Assembly: GCA_951406725.2 (NCBI GenBank)
Contig: OX597842.1
Location: 3,348,001-3,412,000, forward strand
Length of the DNA: 64,000 nucleotides
Direction of reading: 5' to 3'
From: Octopus vulgaris
Taxonomy: Eukaryota
The position numbers and the translations under genes are program-made. Positions 25,889-40,602 of the stretch are shown here, piece after piece; position 1 is the first letter of the stretch; every line of letters starts with the position of its first letter. The notes under the pieces are model-generated. The model searched no databases, had not been told where the DNA came from, and saw only the letters and a program-made list of their open reading frames with translations.

Positions 25889-28003
25889 TATAACGTAACA
25901 ATTTTCAAAAAAACATTTGTTTATTGTATTTTTTTATTGTTAATCAATCCATTCTTTCTGCTGATTCCAAAAATGAAATTATTTTTTGTGTATCATCAAT
26001 AGTTAAGAAAATATGTCTACCTTCAATATTATTATGTATTCGGTATTGTTATAATGTTCTGCTACTAAATGTATGTCTACTAGAGTATGTAAAAATTCTC
26101 CAGATACATTTTGTTATGTGTGTGGTTATTATATTGGAAAAAAGCAGGTATTACATAGGATCGTTAAAGGCGCCAAATTGTGGATAGCGTACAGACTATT
26201 TCAGAATGCTCATGGGTGACTTGAACAAACCATGGGCCCCACATGTGATAGGTAGAAACTGTCGATCTACTCTAGACAGATGGTTAAGAGGTACTAGAGG
26301 GTCAATGCCTTTTGCCATTCCAAGGGTATGGAGAGAGCCAAAGAACCATCATGATGACTGTTATTTTTGTATGACCGATGTGACAAAGTACAGAAAAGTG
26401 AAAGGAAGACAAGCTCTTCAGTATCCAGACATGCCATCATCTAGAGCACCTGATAGTTTATGAGTATCACTACCACCAGAAAATATTTCATCTGAAGAGT
26501 CAACAAGTAGCAGCAGCCAAGAAATGGAGGAAGCTTTCGTACCAAGAACGACTTCGGAGCCTCACCTTCCAAATCAGAGTGAGCTAGATGATTTAATCAG
26601 GGATCTGGGTCTTACCAAGTCAGGAGCTGAACTTCTTTCATCAAGGTTGAAGGAATGGAATCTACTGGGGGAAGACTGAAAGACATCTCTGTCCTGGAAA
26701 CGCCATGAAGAATTTGAAATTTACTATGAAAATATTAATGATCTGTGTTATTGTAAAGATGTGATTGGTTTATTTACTGCTATTGGACTCAAGCATGATT
26801 CTGCAGAATGGCGACTGTTCCTAGATAGCTCAACATGAAGTCTCAAAGCAATGTTGCTCCACAATAGAAATAAATATCCTTCTTTGCCTCTTGCACATTC
26901 CAATGTCAAAGAACTTTTCGACAAAATGAACTACGCTGATTTCAAGGGGGATGTTTGTGGTGATTTCAACATTCTTGCCTTCTTGCTTGGCTTGTATGGG
27001 GGATACACAAAGTATTCATGTTTCCTTTGCTTATGTGACAGCGGAGAGTACATTGGCCCCCACGAGTGGAACTGCAGCCAAGGATGTTAAATGTTCTCAA
27101 ACAGCCTCTAGTAGATTCCAACAAGATCTTATTACTCCCACTTCATATCAAACTCGGATTGGTAAAAGAGTTTGTGAAGGCCTTAGATTTTTAGAGGAGA
27201 AGTTTTTCAAGAAATTTGTCTTATGTTTCCAAAGCTATCTGAGGCTAAGATCAAGGGTGGCATATTTGTTGGGTCCCAAGTAAACGCAATGTTAAAGTCG
27301 AAGAAACTGGAAAGAGCAATGACAAAAGTTGAAAAAGAAGCTTGGTGTATATTTCGTGATGTAGTTCGTGGATTTCTAGGAAATCACAAGGTTTCTAATT
27401 ACAAACAGCTGGTAGCAAAGCTTATTGAAAACTTATTGAAAATCGGTTCTCGTATGTCCTTTAAAGGTTCTTTTTTGCACTCTCACCTAGATTTCCCCCC
27501 GAAACCTTCGGTGATGTCAGTGAGGAGCAAGGTGAAAAATTTCATCAGGACATCGCAACTATAGAAAGAAGATACCAAGGACGATGGGATACTGCTATGA
27601 TGGGAGATTATATATGGTCTCTAGTCAGAAGAGATGAAGGTATATACTCCAGAAATCTCGATCATCAAATCACTTCTTATCTTAAGAAAAGAGTTATCAG
27701 GGCATTTATAGTGCATAGTTTCATTGTTTCCTTGTGTTCTAACTAATATTATACTTCCCACATACCTTTCAATATATGAGAAAGTACTAAATGTTGTGTA
27801 ATTGTTCTTACAATACAGAACAGATTGAACCAACAAAGTGCTGTAGAGAAAAGTTACAAATATAACGAGCAAATATGAAATTAGAAATAAATAGATAACT
27901 ATCGATGTTACGTCAAAATGAATGTGATTTTTGAATTTAGTGGCAAAAAATGGATATATGAACATTAAAAAATACAATTAAACAAAACAAGTGTTACATT
28001 GTG
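25889..28003 (+). mobile_element. Chapaev3-like (CMC) DNA transposon, near full length, decayed
   Basis: Ends TATAACGTAACA / TGTTACATTGTG with TAA duplicated on both sides (25886-25888, 28004-28006); subterminal inverted repeats. Confidence 0.75.
26190..27690 (+). pseudogene. Chapaev3-like transposase pseudogene
   Basis: GDLNKPWAPH, MPFAIPRVWREP..HHDDCYFC, ELLSSRLKEW, VCGDF..GYTKYSCFLC, LHIKLG, KLSEAKIKGGIFVG, HSHLDF, SEEQGEKFHQDI..RYQGRW; many stops/frameshifts. Confidence 0.82.
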
Positions 28004-28122
28004 TAATGGTCATTACCATATTTTTCCTTTATTGAACCAAATAAACGAAAATAATGTTCAAATAAAGGCAAAATATTTCATGGCCGTTTCTTTCTAATAT
28101 ACATACATACATACATACATAC

Positions 28123-28180
<58 letters not shown>

Positions 28181-28740
28181 AACTTATGTTTCAACATTAT
28201 ATATGAAACCAATTTGATATTGAACTGGAAGTGTCAAATTTGATTACTCAGTACAAGTGTTTCAGTAGCATAAAATATCATTATTTATATAATTGCATAA
28301 TTAAATTGCATAATCAATTAATTCGAAAGTGTTATATTTTTGCTCTTTGATCAAGATATGTTGCTTGCATCGATCATTTTAGTCGATTCAGTTTGAACAA
28401 GCAAGTTTGTTCCGCCATGTTTGACTGGATTGTAATAGCGTATTGGAATTTAACGGTGATGTATTATTTGAGCTGCTAATTACCATAGATATATTACTTG
28501 ATGGCTATGTATCAATTATACACACATACACACAAAGGCACACATACACACAAAGGCACACATACACACAAAGGCACACATACACACGCGCGCGCACAAG
28601 TGGATCCTTTGTGCAATGCAAAATGGTAGTTCCACATTTTTATGTATGTTCCTCCAAGACGTATCAAATATTTGTGGCAAGGGAATTGTTACTATGTTCC
28701 TCAAAGTATGAACATTAATATCACCAGGAACGAAGACAAC

Positions 28741-28743
28741 GAC

Positions 28744-28832
<89 letters not shown>

Positions 28833-28851
28833 CAATAATAATAATAATGAC

Positions 28852-28898
<47 letters not shown>

Positions 28899-28938
28899 TA
28901 ATAATCATAATAATGATGATGATAATAATAATAATGAC

Positions 28939-28970
<32 letters not shown>

Positions 28971-28971
28971 C

Positions 28972-29013
<42 letters not shown>

Positions 29014-29200
29014 GACAATAATAATAATATTAATAATAATAATAATAATGATGATGATGATAATAATAATAATGACAATAATAATAATGATAATAATAAT
29101 AATATAAAAATAATAATAATAATGATAATGATTATTATATAAAACTAATAATAATAGTAATTATAATAATAATAATAATAATAATAATTATATAAAAATG

Positions 29201-29264
<64 letters not shown>

Positions 29265-29265
29265 T

Positions 29266-29343
<78 letters not shown>
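28741..29343. repeat. (AAT)n microsatellite array
   Basis: Direct observation; hosts the R4/Dong insertion. Confidence 0.95.
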
Positions 29344-29344
29344 T

Positions 29345-30874
29345 GAGGAAAACTAGTTAAGAGTAACAACATCACACTAGATGAAGCAAATGAAATAAAA
29401 GAATTAGACCAAAGCCAAACTTACAAATACTTAGGAATCCATGAACTAGATAAGACACAACACACACAAATGAAAGAGAAAATAAAAAAAGAATATTATA
29501 GACGAGTTAGATCAATACTAAACACAGAGCTCAATGCTAAAAACAAGATAATAGGTATCAACACTTTAGCTGTCCCAGTTATAAGTTACAGCTACAATAT
29601 CCTTAACTGGACACGAAATGAACTGACCAAAATAGACAGGAAAACAAGAAAAATAATGACAGGATCTAGGATGCATCACCCAAAATCTGACATAGAAAGA
29701 CTATATATACAACGTATAGAAGGTGGTAGAGGCCTTATACAGCTGGAAAACTACTATAAAATAACCACCATAGGACTGCAAAAATATCTACTTCAGAAGG
29801 AAGGAAAACTGATCCAGATAGCGGCAAAACACGAGCAAAACAAAAAACTGTTCTCAGTATTTAAGGAGGCTGACAAATACAAACAAGAAATCATACCACC
29901 TAATAAACATGAAGAAGAAGAAGAAGATGAAGAAACAACAAAAGCTATAAAAAAAATGAAATCCAAACTAAAAATAGAACAGCAAAGAACCATGATAAAA
30001 CGATGGCAAGAAAAGCCCCTTCATGGTAAATACTGGACTAAACTAAACGCAAAAGAAATAGACAAAGAAAAATCCCAGCAATGGTTGAGAAGCTCAGGAC
30101 TCAAAGCAGAAACAGAGGGATTTTTAATTGCAGCACAAGACCAAAGCCTCCCCACCAGAAATTACCAAAAACATGTAATGAAAAGAAATATTACAAGTAA
30201 CTGCAGAATATGTGGAGATGGACAAGAAACAATAAATCATATTATCTCTAGCTGCCCAGTCCTGGCTAAGAAGGAATATATTCACAGACATGACAGAGTT
30301 GGAACTTACATACATTGGAAGCTATGCCAACATTATGGAATAACAACAGAAAAAAGATGGTATAGGCACACACCAGAAAAGGTCACAGAAAACGAGAAAG
30401 CAACCATACTCTGGGATATGCCGATACACACAGATAGAGAAATTAAGGCCAACAGACCAGATATAGTTGTCAGAGACCATGAAGAAAAAAATGCTTTCTA
30501 ATTGATGTATCAGTACCGGCAGATGACAACGTGTCTCTAAAAGAAATGGAGAAACTCTCAAAATACAAAGACCTGGAAATAGAGGTAACTAGAATGTGGA
30601 ATCTGAAAACAGAAACAATTCCTATCATAGTAGGTGCATTAGGCATGATAAAAAAATATTCAGACAAATACATAACAAAAACACCAGGACTTACAAACAC
30701 ATATAACATACAGAAAATTGCACTACTAGGCACTGCACACATCCTACGCAGAACACTTTCCATACAATAACCATCAGAGCATCACAACAAATCACAGCAC
30801 ATACCCAAGGCACACAGAGCTGCGCTCGGTAGTGAAGTGAAAGCACGCTAAAAAAAATAAAAATAAAACTACTG
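29345..30874 (+). mobile_element. R4/Dong-like RLE non-LTR retrotransposon, 5'-truncated, young
   Basis: YKYLG (RT end), RLY...GGRGL, CRICG..ETINHIISSC knuckle, RHD, NRPDIVV, LIDVSVP, KLSKYKDL; one frameshift in A-run near 30485; (AAT)n both sides. Confidence 0.92.
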
Positions 30875-30889
30875 AATAATAATAATAAT

Positions 30890-31470
30890 GGGCTAAAAGC
30901 TGAAATGGAAGGACTGATTCTCGGTGTCTGACCACAAACAACTATAAAAATAAAATAATAAAATAAAACAGGCCCTTGCACGAAGTGCCGAATGTGCAAC
31001 CAGTGCAATTTCACTTCTAACCACATCACCTCTGGTTGTTCAGTCCTGGTCAAATCTGAATATATATACATTCAGGACCGACTAAGTAGTTGTATCCAAT
31101 GGACAATATTCCGACACTACAACATAAAAACCGGCAATAAATGGTATAAACATATACCGATCTGGCCACAATCATCTGGGATATGCCTGTTCAAAGTGAC
31201 AAAGAAATAAAAGATAGTCTAGATATAAAAAGCAAGGATCGGAAAAAAAGACCTGCTTACTGATAGACTTTGCAGTCTCTTCTGATGAAAATATTGCCCC
31301 AAAAGAAGTGGAGAAATTGTCAAATGACAAAGACCTCGAAATTGAAATATTTAAGATGTGAGGTATGAGAGTGAAAACAATACCAGTAATAATTGGAGCA
31401 TTGGGCATGATTAAAAAAACATATAAGCAAAAACGTAGAAGCTATACATGGACTCTCATTGCTATATACT
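30890..31470 (+). mobile_element. Decayed R4/Dong-like 3' fragment
   Basis: GLKAEMEG, CRMC...NHITSGC, KWYKH, CLLIDFAV, IPVIIGALG with stops. Confidence 0.75.
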
Positions 31471-31937
31471 TTCTAAACTATATAGCAATCCTACACGTGA
31501 CACTATCAATTCAATAATACAACCTAAGCAAAGCAATACACTAACTAAAGTCACACTTGTATAGCAAATATCCAATAAAATAAACAACCGCCAGCAGGCT
31601 AAATACCCACAGAAGAACACAACTCGCAATACACACATAACACACATTGCAAATGGTGTCTGGATGCAGTCTTCCTTGTATTAGTATACAAAAAAGACTG
31701 CAACCAGACGCCATAACACAATACTCCCCGAAAACAGAAAAATAACACAATGCTATACACACCAGCAATATGGAGGTGTAGCAGGTGATGCAGTAGGAAT
31801 TTGCCTCAATCTACCAAATGCTCAATAACAACAACAGCAAGATAAAGAAGAAGGAGGAGGAGGAGGAGGAGGAGGAGGAGGAGAAGAAGGAGAAGAAGAA
31901 GAAGAAGAAGAAGAAGAAGAAGAAGAAGAAGAAGATG

Positions 31938-31972
<35 letters not shown>

Positions 31973-32281
31973 CGAAGCTGCAGCTAAAGAAGATACTACA
32001 GAGGAAATAATTATAGACCAGCCCTGGGTTGATGAAAAGGCGGTAATGATTGAAAGAGTTAATGTAATTGATAGGCAAAGTGAAATACTCTCTGAACCAA
32101 CCATAAACGCTAAGGCAGATGAAAATCAAATACAAGAAGAAAGTCACAAATATTGACCCAGGAGAACAACATGAGTTAAAAAATCAAATCATGATTGAAT
32201 GGCTGAAAATTTAAGAGACCAGTATGGATGAATGCGATACTCTCCCAAAATTTCGCAATTCTAACCAAAACCTGAAAACAA

Positions 32282-33155
32282 TTCAGTGATGACATCAGAA
32301 TGCAATTTGGCCTCGAAAATGTACAAAAGTTACCTTTATCAAAGGAAAAATGACATAAGCATCTAACGTTAACCTTTACAAGCAGAATGCCATAAAAGAG
32401 TTAGACCCAGCGGAGAGCTACAAGTACCTAGGGGTAATTGAAGTGGACGGAATAAGAAATTCAGTGATGAAGAACAGGATCAGGAAAGAATGTTATCGCA
32501 GAGTAAGAGCAATACTCAAGATAGAGCTGAATGCGAGAAACAGGATCGAAGCGATCAATGCATTAGCCATACCAGTCGTGACTTATAGTTTCAATATCGT
32601 TAACTGGTCAATTACTGAAATATGTAATCTTGACAGAAAAATACGAAAACTGTTGACAATGCATAGAATGCACCACCATAAGGCAGATATAGAACGACTT
32701 TATCTGCCAAGAAAAGAGGGAGGCCGTGGACTTTTACAACTGGCAATAACAATGAAGATTGCCACAATTAGCCTAGACACCTACCTGAAAAACTCTGAGG
32801 ACTGGATGTTAAGACTTGTGTCAAAACAGAAAAACAAGAAAACATCATACTCAGTAACACAACAGACAAAGGAATATCTAAGTGAATTCCAAATACAACA
32901 AATTCCGGAATTAGACATACGAGAAACAAGCGCAGAAAAAGCTAAGCGCATGAAGATCCGTGCTAAAACTGCTGCCTTAGATATTCTGACTGATAAATGA
33001 AAAAAAAAAAAACCTCTCAATGGCAAATACCCAAAGAGAGCGAATAATGCCGATGTTGACAAAGCCCTTACGCATCAATGGCTAATTTGAAAGAGAAGGG
33101 TTTATCATAGCAGCCCAAGATCAATGTCTACCTACTAAGAACTACCAGGCCAACA
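32282..33155 (+). mobile_element. R4/Dong-like RT C-terminal fragment
   Basis: FSDDIRMQFGLE, YKYLG, ELNARNRIEAINALAIPV, RLYLPRKEGGRGL, AAQDQCLPT. Confidence 0.85.
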
Positions 33156-33159
33156 CGAG

Positions 33160-33505
33160 CAGAACTAGTGGGGGAACATCATAACCATGTGTTGAGAGGA
33201 ATTCCTTGGAGTTTGAATAATTCACCTTTGGAAATATGGGTGTTTCGTTCAACATCCTTATACAACCCTTATTCAGGAACCTTTTGAGTGGGATGGGCCC
33301 CTCGACTTGAAGAAAATTCTAATTGTGCTCCACCTGCAAGGTGTTTCGCTGTTTATTTTGATATGGATCACCCATTTCGCGTACGTTTGGTTGTGATGCA
33401 TGTGTCTGGTGTACCCTCATCAGACGGATAATCATGACGGGTGTATTAAGCCTCGTATATTTGTACCTCAGTGTCACTTTGATGACATGCACTGTTCTCT
33501 CACTC

Positions 33506-33506
<1 letters not shown>
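33160..33506 (+). mobile_element. Non-coding retroposon ending in (AAT)n
   Basis: 3' portion homologous to 17353-17562. Confidence 0.65.
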
Positions 33507-33576
<70 letters not shown>

Positions 33577-33584
33577 TAATAATA

Positions 33585-33685
<101 letters not shown>

Positions 33686-33825
33686 CTTTTCTACTGAGGA
33701 AAGAGGAGGTTATACCTGTTGTTATAGGTGCACTTGGAACTTCTACACGGCAATTTCAGAAGTGGGGTGGCAGGATGCCATGCGGTAGGTCTGAACCTGA
33801 AACGTTGTAGCTGGGAAGTAAGCTT

Positions 33826-34058
33826 CTTATTTCTTTATTGCCCACAAGGGGCTAAACACAGAGAGGACAAGCAAGGACAGACAAACGGATTAAGTCGATT
33901 ATATCGACCCCAGTGCATAACTGGTACTTAATTTATCGATCCTGAAAGGATGAAAGGCAACGTCGACCTCGGCTGAATTTGAACTCAGAACGTAGCGGCA
34001 GACGAAATACTGCTAAGCATTTCGCCCTGCACGCTAGCGTTTCTGCCAGCTCGTCGCC
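33826..34058 (-). mobile_element. tRNA-derived SINE family B, full length (tail 1)
   Basis: Reverse complement of 59282-59515; B-box GAGTTCAAATTC. Confidence 0.85.
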
Positions 34059-34564
34059 TTCTTACTGCAACTACGCCTGTGGCTCTATTTTCCGATAAAC
34101 TCTGTGGAGTTATCCTTATCTTTCGTTTGTTTTTCTGAATTATTAAAATTGTAAAGGTGTTTTATGGATACTTTAAAGATAATTAAACACAAATCTGTTT
34201 TTCCACCACTATATCAAGTCGACAAGGACGGTTTCGAGAGCTAACTTTCCATGCAAGGCTCATTCAATCTCATCCTAACGAATCATTGTTCGGCACGATG
34301 ACCCAATAGCTTGGATATTCTAGAAACAACTGTTAGAGACTGCATAGCTTTTTATTATATGTCTAAATTAATTATCTTTGTCAAACGGTTTGCGTTTTCA
34401 TTTCTGTTTTAATATATGTCTACCTGCTCAAGGAGAAGCTACCCCTAGCCGCTTTAGAAAGAGAGTCTCAGCATCTCATGGTCAACAGCAGTTCAAAACG
34501 GAGTTTAAGCGGCATAACAAATTGAGCAATCAGTTTGAGTATCCTGACGAAAACTTCTCGTATA

Positions 34565-34659
<95 letters not shown>

Positions 34660-34663
<4 letters not shown>

Positions 34664-34837
34664 AAATAATATGTGACAATTATTCAGTAGCCAAGATAAA
34701 ACTCTGAGTTTCGGATGCCGAGGTGGAAATCCACACCACCATCTCTTCTGTTAGATGGTGGTGTGGATTTCCACCTCGGCATCCGAAACTCAGAGTTTTA
34801 TCTTGGCTACCGAATAATTGTGACATATTATTTTACA
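34660..34837. repeat. Near-perfect palindrome, 85-bp arms, 8-nt loop
   Basis: 34660-34744 vs 34753-34837, two mismatches; sits between (TA)n tracts. Confidence 0.9.
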
Positions 34838-35076
34838 GATAATTTCCTCAATTTACATAATATTGAGGTCTCTTTCTTTCTTTTGTTATCTTACAGTTTT
34901 TGCCAATATATATATATATATATATATACACTTAATATAAAATTGTGTACATTTAAACTACCTATAACAGGTAATTTTACACGCTAGAAGAAGCAGTCAA
35001 AGTGACCAAAACCAGATTTAAGAGCAATTTTCGAAGGAAATGAAAAATAAAAACTTTTACCTTGTTATTTTTTTAC

Positions 35077-35145
35077 GGTTGTACCTAGGTTTCGAATTAT
35101 TTTGCAAAAAAAATAATTTTCCAGGCGAAATTCTCATCAGTAACC
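35077..35145 (-). ncRNA. Type I hammerhead motif, intact core
   Basis: Minus strand GGTTA-CTGATGA-GAATT...AATTC-GAAA-CCTAGG-TA-CAACC; palindromic ACCTAGGT, GUA site; A-C mismatch at first stem I pair. Confidence 0.72.
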
Positions 35146-35665
35146 ACGCCGAAATTATATGTTAATGTTATGGCACGGTTACTGATGTGAATATACATAC
35201 GTATGTGTGTGTGTATCAGTTTATCTGTCTATCTGTCTCTCTATATGTCTATATGTATGTACGTCATTATTCAGTTCTTGCTAATAGAGAAAGAATCGGT
35301 TTCTAACCTAGATTCAAGGCTCCTCCATTAGAATTTCAACATTAGCAACAGGGTATTTTTGTTTGTTTCTATGTATGTATGTATGTATGTATGTATGTAC
35401 GTATGTATGTATGAATGGATGGATGGATGGACGGGTGGATGGATGGATGGATGCATCTATGTATGTATGTATGTATGTATGTATGTATATATGTATGGAT
35501 GGATGGATGGATGAATGTATGTATGTACGTATATATGTATGTATGCATGTATATATGCATGCATGAATGTATGTATGTATGTATGTATGTATGTATGTAT
35601 ATATATATGTATGTATGTATATATGCATGCATGAATGTATGCATGTATGAACGTATGTTGTATGC

Positions 35666-35696
<31 letters not shown>

Positions 35697-35818
35697 CATG
35701 CATGCATGCATGTATGTATGTATGTATGTATGCATGCCTGCATGAATGTATGTATGTATGTATGCATACATGTATGGATGCATGTATGTATATATGTATG
35801 TATGTATGTATGTATTCT

Positions 35819-36035
35819 GCTTAGTGGTTAGGGTGCTGCACTAATGATCATAGAATTGTAGTTTCAATTCCTGGATCAGGCAAAACACTTCATTTCACAT
35901 TGCTCAAGTCCATTCAGCTGCCATAAATATGTAAACCTGTGGCGAGACAGCGCCCCATTCATTGGGTGGGGCTCTATATATGTCACAGAATCCGAGAAAC
36001 CGGCCTAAGGGGCGTTTGGCTTAGGACGTCCTTTG
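35819..36035 (+). mobile_element. tRNA-derived SINE family E, diverged
   Basis: Homologous to 50238-50488. Confidence 0.7.
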
Positions 36036-36286
36036 ACCCTTTTATGATGAATGTATCAATATAAGCGCACCCTGATATATCCAGTGGATGTCTAAGTTTC
36101 TGGTTATCACCTAAGGCTGGTAGGGCTTATAAATCCATGGTTGAAATACTCGCTCAAGGTGTCACACACTGAATTCGAACAACAGAATCTGAAAGAAACG
36201 TGACTGAGACTATTAACGACCCACCTATGACTTGCCTTTGTTCAACAACGAACATGACTGGAGCTACGATGATGATAATGATGTTA

Positions 36287-36348
<62 letters not shown>

Positions 36349-36486
36349 GGTGGTGGTAAGGATTGATGACGATCGATTGTGGTGGTGTTGTTGGTGGTGG
36401 TGAGGAGGACAACGGCGATGGCGTTTATAATTTCATATATAGCCACAAGGTGTATATAGAAGAGTGCAAAGAGTGCATATCTGTAT

Positions 36487-36529
<43 letters not shown>

Positions 36530-36703
36530 AGGAGAGAAATATATATGCATAATATATAAGGAAAGATGATGATGATAAAGAACAAGAAAATATCACATTA
36601 ACCAGAAGTGCAACAACAACAATATTATTAATGACAACAATATAAACAATAACAACATCAATACCAACAACAATAATAATAATAATAATGATAATAATAA
36701 TAA

Positions 36704-36734
<31 letters not shown>

Positions 36735-36751
36735 AAAAATAAAAATAATTA

Positions 36752-36782
<31 letters not shown>

Positions 36783-36799
36783 AAAAACAATAATAATAA

Positions 36800-36830
<31 letters not shown>

Positions 36831-37112
36831 AAAAACAATAATAATAATAATAATAATAACAATAATAATAATAATAAAAATAAAAATAATAATAATAATA
36901 GTGAGGAAGACTGTCTGTATGTATTCATCAACTGCTTCTCCATCTCCACCGCAGCCGACGACACTGCCACGCCCACCACCATCACCACCACATGCTCAGC
37001 TCAACACTACAATTTCTCGCCCCCACGCCAACTATTCTCCAACCCCACCCCACCGGTACAAAATAATTCAGACACCACGAAATGAAATTGGTGAAGTAGT
37101 AATGGCACATAT

Positions 37113-37179
<67 letters not shown>

Positions 37180-37184
37180 CAAAA

Positions 37185-37226
<42 letters not shown>

Positions 37227-37768
37227 GTGTTAGTGTTATTTGGAGGGAAGTTGTGATGGCAGGAGCTAAAAGCTGAAAGAAAATTGATCAAAACTACGTC
37301 GGCTTGCTGGTGATAATATTAATATACATGGCGACCAAGAGTTAAAGATGGCGCCGTCTCATTTTTGCGATCGTCTGTTTTGAGTTATTATCACCTTTGT
37401 AATAATAAGCAGCAAGCCAAGACGTTCGACTATATATATATACGTATATGTACGCGTGTTTGCTCCTCTCTCTGTGTCTTCCTGCATTCGTTTCGTCCAT
37501 TTATTTGTTTGTATGTTTGTAATTTTGCTTTTAATAAAGTATCTATCTTCTCTTGTATTGTGGTAGAACAGTAGCGCTGGCTGTTATTGCTTTAGTCCTT
37601 ATTATGACTCTGTGTGTCTGTGTATTATGCATATACATATACACTTATATACCTTTATATACATATATGTAAATACATATATATATAAACGCATACAGCA
37701 TATATATATATGTGTGAGTATATATATATATACATATGCGTGTATATATGTATATACACGGCAGTTAC

Positions 37769-37806
<38 letters not shown>

Positions 37807-37808
37807 GT

Positions 37809-37886
<78 letters not shown>

Positions 37887-37929
37887 CGTAACTGCCGAAC
37901 GAGAGACATATATACATAAGGACATACAC

Positions 37930-38029
<100 letters not shown>

Positions 38030-38299
38030 GAAAAGCATCCTTCTGTGCTGAAGGCTATCTTTTTATTTCTCTCTTTCTTTAATGTGATGGGTGTGTAGCG
38101 GGGGATGGAGGGGGAAGATCGGGGTACTTATAAATGTGTGTGAGTGTGTGTATATATATATATTTTTGAGTGAGCGTGCCCGTGTGTTTAGGTGAGTGAC
38201 GAAATGTGTTATTATTTCCTGTTGTCTAATTTACTTTGCAATGCGTGCATATATATACCTACATACAAACATACATACATACATACATACAAACGTACG

Positions 38300-38369
<70 letters not shown>

Positions 38370-38475
38370 TCTGGATAGCCTAAGTAGGTGTGTGATGTAC
38401 TTATGGAAGCTGCATAATTGTGTAAATAATTTCGGTTAATATATATCATATATATATAATTATATATATTTATAT

Positions 38476-38521
<46 letters not shown>

Positions 38522-39068
38522 GCGCGCGCACGCACACACACATATATATATATATATGTATATATATATGTATATATATGTGTGTGTATATATATGTGTG
38601 TATGCATACATGTATGTATGCATATATGTATGTATGTGTATATATGAGACAATGACGAGGATATATTTCGTGCGCTGTACTTAAATATAACAGGGCGTGT
38701 ATACAAAAGCATTGTAAACTAGTGACCTCTGCAGGTTAATACCTGCCAACATGGGTTCATATAGAGGGAAAATTACCCCCCAAATATCATAAACAGCCCC
38801 CCTTTAATTTACCTTTCTGTCCCTCTGCTTCCCTTTTTTTTTTAACCCCCCCCCCCACACACACACACATGCACACAAACGGTATGAACACAAGCATACA
38901 CCCTCTACACGCACACATCCATACACACACATCCAGGCGCACATATTAGATGTAGATGCATGTCTGTACGTCTGACTGTCTGGCTCACAATCTTTCTCTA
39001 TCCACACACTCACACACACACATATATATATTCTCTCCACACGTTTATATACGTATGTTGCGTGAACG

Positions 39069-39171
<103 letters not shown>

Positions 39172-39203
39172 ATATATAATTATATATAATATATATATAT
39201 CTA

Positions 39204-39259
<56 letters not shown>

Positions 39260-39316
39260 GATCTATCTATCCATCCATCCATCCATCCATCCATCCATCC
39301 ATCCATCCATCCATCC

Positions 39317-39430
<114 letters not shown>

Positions 39431-39549
39431 CATAAATGTGTACATGTGACCGAGTATGCCTATGCGTACGTATATATGTACATCTTTGCTCATGCATATA
39501 TCTCATGATATATACTCATATACGTACATAATTATACATATGTATGTGA

Positions 39550-39601
<52 letters not shown>

Positions 39602-40558
39602 GCATGTATGTATGCTTGTATGTATGTATGTACGTATGTATATACAAATATATATTCTCATGCACAGACACACACACACACACGATCTCACGTAAATTAA
39701 AGTTTTGGGAGGTGCTATGTTCCAAGCTAGTATTATAACAGGAAACGCATTTTTTACGCGCTGCTTTATTTCTGTTCCTTTTCTTGTTAAAAGATAATGA
39801 AGACCTACATAAGATCTTAAAGGATTTTTTTAAGGGAGTGCGTGGGGTTCCCCCTTTTTTTATCTGTTTTTTAATTTCACTCTCTTATATTTTATTTGTG
39901 TTTTTTCTTAAATTATATTTGTATTGCTTTTTATATTTTTTATACTCCTTTCAAAATGGCGGTTAGTGTGTGAGAAAAAATATATTTTGTAGACAGAGGA
40001 ATGAAAGCAATATATATATATTGTGTGTGTGTATATATATATAATTGAAATACATATATGTGTATATAAATATGTAAATATGTATATACATATATGCATG
40101 CTTGTATATATAATATATATATAATTATGTGTGTGTGTATGTGTGTGAGTATATATATATGTATATATATATATATATATAGGGAACACGCATACATGTT
40201 TGGGTAGACTAATGTTATGGGTTTAGATTTTAGGGTTTATTAGAAGGGCTGGGTGATGAAGGGTGTAAAGGCTGTTGGCGGGGTGGTGTAGGTGGGGCTC
40301 GTATGGTGTTTTTTTTTCTTTTTGTTGGGGTTTGGGTGCCAGGGAGAAACGGGTATAGATTGGAATGAAGTGCGGTGTATTAGTGTGTATGTATTTGTTC
40401 ATGGCTGTGTGTATGTTGTGTGTGTGGGTGGGTGTTTGGAGGGGGTGTTTTGTTGAAACGGAGAGAGTCGTGTTTCGGGAGTTTTTCCTAGTTGGTTATT
40501 CAATATGGTAACACCATCGTAGACGGAAAATGATTAAAATAATAATAATAATAATAAC

Positions 40559-40602
<44 letters not shown>

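Noticed and set aside
31818-32280. Acidic ORF that may be the N-terminal region of the adjacent R4/Dong element
   Set aside because: Mostly triplet repeats and only a weak LPK motif; insufficient support.
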